DNA of 63,360 nucleotides, the filler included. It is 20 parts of 20 records of this genome, joined end to end, with 100 filler letters (N's around TTAATTAATTAA, not from the genome) between each part and the next. Parts side by side here need not be neighbours in the genome. Positions count along the whole stretch, not along the records: positions 61,118 to 63,360 come from SRR36015645_76070; 19 more parts are not named here. One strand, written 5' to 3'. Positions within the stretch are counted from its first letter, which is position 1. Each line of letters opens with the position of its first letter. Below the pieces are notes generated by a model. It was given only the letters and a program-made list of their open reading frames with translations, was not told the DNA's origin and made no database searches. Both the position numbers and the translations under genes were made by a program. Shown piece by piece: positions 61,118-63,360 of this stretch.

Positions 61118-62789
61118 TTAATATGTGAACTGGAGTTGAGAATGCTTTTGTTAAACCTGCATTAATTAATGCAAGTGGATATCCTCTGTTCACCAAAACA
61201 TCTTTCAATTCTTCCAGTCGAATGATACATAAGTCTCTGTCAGAGACTATAGTGCAAATGCGTCTAGCCAACGTGAAGGGAATGTTACGTTTTGTATGCG
61301 GAGGATGGCAGGAAGTGAATGAAAGGTAGTGTTTTGTGTCAGTTGGCTTGAAATAAATATCAGTGGAAATAATATTTTGCTTCTTGGAAACACTTACATC
61401 CAAGAATGGAACATTTGCCTCACTAGTTGCTATTGTGAAGGAAATATCTGGATGTAGATTATTAAGTAGATCTTTGAAAAAGTTAATATCTCCCCAGTTA
61501 TTGTTCCATACTATGAAACAATCATCTAGGTATCTTTTGAAACCATTTTGGATTTCGGTACCAGTTGTTTCTCCATAGTGTTGCTTTACAAGTTTATACA
61601 GCTCCAACTCAAGATAAGCCAGGACTAATGTGGCATAAATAGCCGCGACTTTTGTACCCATGGCTGTACCTTTAGTTTGTATATACCATTTTTCATTAAA
61701 GGAAAAAATATTATTTTTCAATATAAGTTCTAGGGCTTCTATTATAAACTCATGGGAAAATCGCGAGGGTATGCATTCAGGGTGTTTTTTAAGCCAAAAT
61801 GACACAGCTTTTAACCCTAGTTCATGTGGAATTTTGGTGTAAAGACTAACAACATCGAAAGTAGCGAGCAAAGAATTTTGGGGACATGCATTTGGAAGTT
61901 TGTTTAAAAAGTCAGTCGTATCTCTCAAGTAACTGGAAACATGGTTACTGAGAGGCCTTAAAATGACATCTAAAAAATTGCTAAGGCGGTGTGTTGCACA
62001 AGATGGGCCTGCCACAATAGGGCGCATTTTTAAATCTTTCGGTCGAATAGTGTTAATATAAGGGGAGTTCTGTGTTTCAATGGCTTTTGAAATCTCCAAA
62101 CTTTTGTGCACTTTTGGCAAACCGTAAAAGTTACTGGTTCGTACCTCAAATTTTGTAAGAAAGTCTGCCTCTTTTTGTGTCAGACAGTTATTGGCCAGAT
62201 ATTTTGACACTATAGATTTGACTTTGGGCAACACACCTGCATCAGTTTTTTTACATGTCTCAGTATAAAATTCGTTATCATGGAGCATATTAACGATTAG
62301 GTCGCTATAGTAGTCTTTGTCCATGACTATAACTGCACCGCCCTTGTCGGCCTCTTTAATAATAATTTTGTCATTGTTTTTTAAGGCAGCTAGGGCACTT
62401 CTTTGCGTCTTGGGCAAGTTGTCTTTAGTTGCAGTAATAGATTTAAGCGGTTGCTTTTGGATGCAATTTAAATATAAGTCCAGGGTATTGTTCTTTCCAA
62501 CATTAGGACAGTATTTGCTTTTATTCCGTAGGATTGATTCATCCTCCTGATATTGTTTATTGGATGCATCCTCTTTTAATCTCATTTTTCTACAGAATTC
62601 TGTAATATCAGCACTAAGTTCTGTTACATTTGCTATTGGCATGGGTGTAAATTTTAAACCCTTGCTTAATACCGCAATCTCTGCCTCATTAAGTGTGTAT
62701 GAGGACAGATTAATTACACTTGGTTGACACTTTATAGTCTTATCTACCGATGTTTTTTGTGCTTGCCTTTTTTGCTCCTGACCACCGTT
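61118..62789 (-). CDS. Penelope-like element (Neptune-like) reverse transcriptase frame, truncated before any GIY-YIG domain
   Basis: VINLS..L...E..VLSKGLKF.P, IKEADKGG.V, FYGLPKVHK, MRPIVAG, DVVSLYT.IP, GTAMGT, RYLDD, PFLDV and KPTD...YL...SCHP. The conserved VINLS/KGL block lies upstream of the first ATG (62642). Confidence 0.9.
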
Positions 62790-63358
62790 AAAAAAGACGG
62801 AATATGTTGTGTGTTCCCGTTGTTGTGGTGGTTAGAGTTGTGTGATGCGGTAGGCCTGTGTACTGTAATGTTTTGCTGTTTCCCAACATTGGTTGGTCGG
62901 AGGTCTTTATATTTTACCACCTCAGCGTATGATGCACGTGTATTCGGGCTACCATTCAGTACATGTACAAATCGGCACTTGTCCCCATAACGGCAGTAGG
63001 CGCTTTTCTGAAAGTACCGACATTGGATGGTGCTAGGCATTTCTGCGTGACCTTTTGGTACATGTAGGAATCGGCAATTGTCGCCATAACGGCAATGTGC
63101 GCTTTTCTCAAAATACCGACATTTGATAGGGCTAGACATTGCTGGCTTCTTGCTGCGTGTCTGAATAATAACTGGAGTCTTCTTACTCCCTTGCTGGACA
63201 GGTTTCCGCTGAACGTGTCTGTAATAACAGGATTTGCCGAACTTGCAGTTACCGTTCTTGCTGAAATATTTGCAAATTTCCTTAGCTTTAGTTGTTTTTA
63301 TGGTTATGGTACCATATCGTTCACCTTGGTTAGAGTTACTGTTTGTTTTAGAAGAGTA
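62744..63358 (-). CDS. Upstream ORF with three C-x8-C-x5-C-x3-H zinc fingers, 5'-truncated
   Basis: Frame is open to the window edge and encodes CKYFSKNGNCKFGKSCYYRH, CRYFEKSAHCRYGDNCRFLH and CRYFQKSAYCRYGDKCRFVH. Stop TAG is at 62746-62744. Confidence 0.85.
   Translation of the reverse strand, partial: YSSKTNSNSNQGERYGTITIKTTKAKEICKYFSKNGNCKFGKSCYYRHVQRKPVQQGSKKTPVIIQTRSKKPAMSSPIKCRYFEKSAHCRYGDNCRFLHVPKGHAEMPSTIQCRYFQKSAYCRYGDKCRFVHVLNGSPNTRASYAEVVKYKDLRPTNVGKQQNITVHRPTASHNSNHHNNGNTQHIPSFLTVVRSKKGKHKKHR
62789..62795 (-). promoter_or_regulatory. Candidate -1 ribosomal frameshift slippery heptamer T TTT TTA
   Basis: ORF1 reads tcT TTT TTA acg. A -1 slip gives TTT TTT AAC, which is the RT frame. 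Confidence 0.65.
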
Positions 63359-63360
63359 CA

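Noticed and set aside
1-63360. rRNA, tRNA, CRISPR arrays or prokaryotic operons
   Set aside because: None were recognisable by eye. A covariance-model scan would be needed to exclude small RNAs formally.

Overview
This is not contiguous genome. It is 20 unrelated fragments (about 2-5 kb each) joined by an artificial 100-bp linker (44 N + TTAATTAATTAA + 44 N, with stops in all six frames), so adjacency across linkers means nothing. The content is eukaryotic (GT-AG splice signals, animal-type transposable elements; a marine invertebrate is my inference) and dominated by mobile elements. These are an Ngaro/DIRS-type retrotransposon, three Gypsy, two BEL/Pao, a Tx1/L1-clade LINE, CR1/L2-type ORF1 genes, a Penelope-like element (PLE), a Helitron, a Helentron, two Academ transposases (one full-length between inverted repeats) and a NOF-FB/MULE-like transposase, plus a few probable host exons. 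The most notable observation is in the PLE at the right end. It has an upstream ORF with three tandem CCCH zinc fingers, apparently joined to the RT frame through a U_UUU_UUA -1 slippery heptamer, a gag-pol-like arrangement. All family calls come from motifs read by eye; no database search was run.
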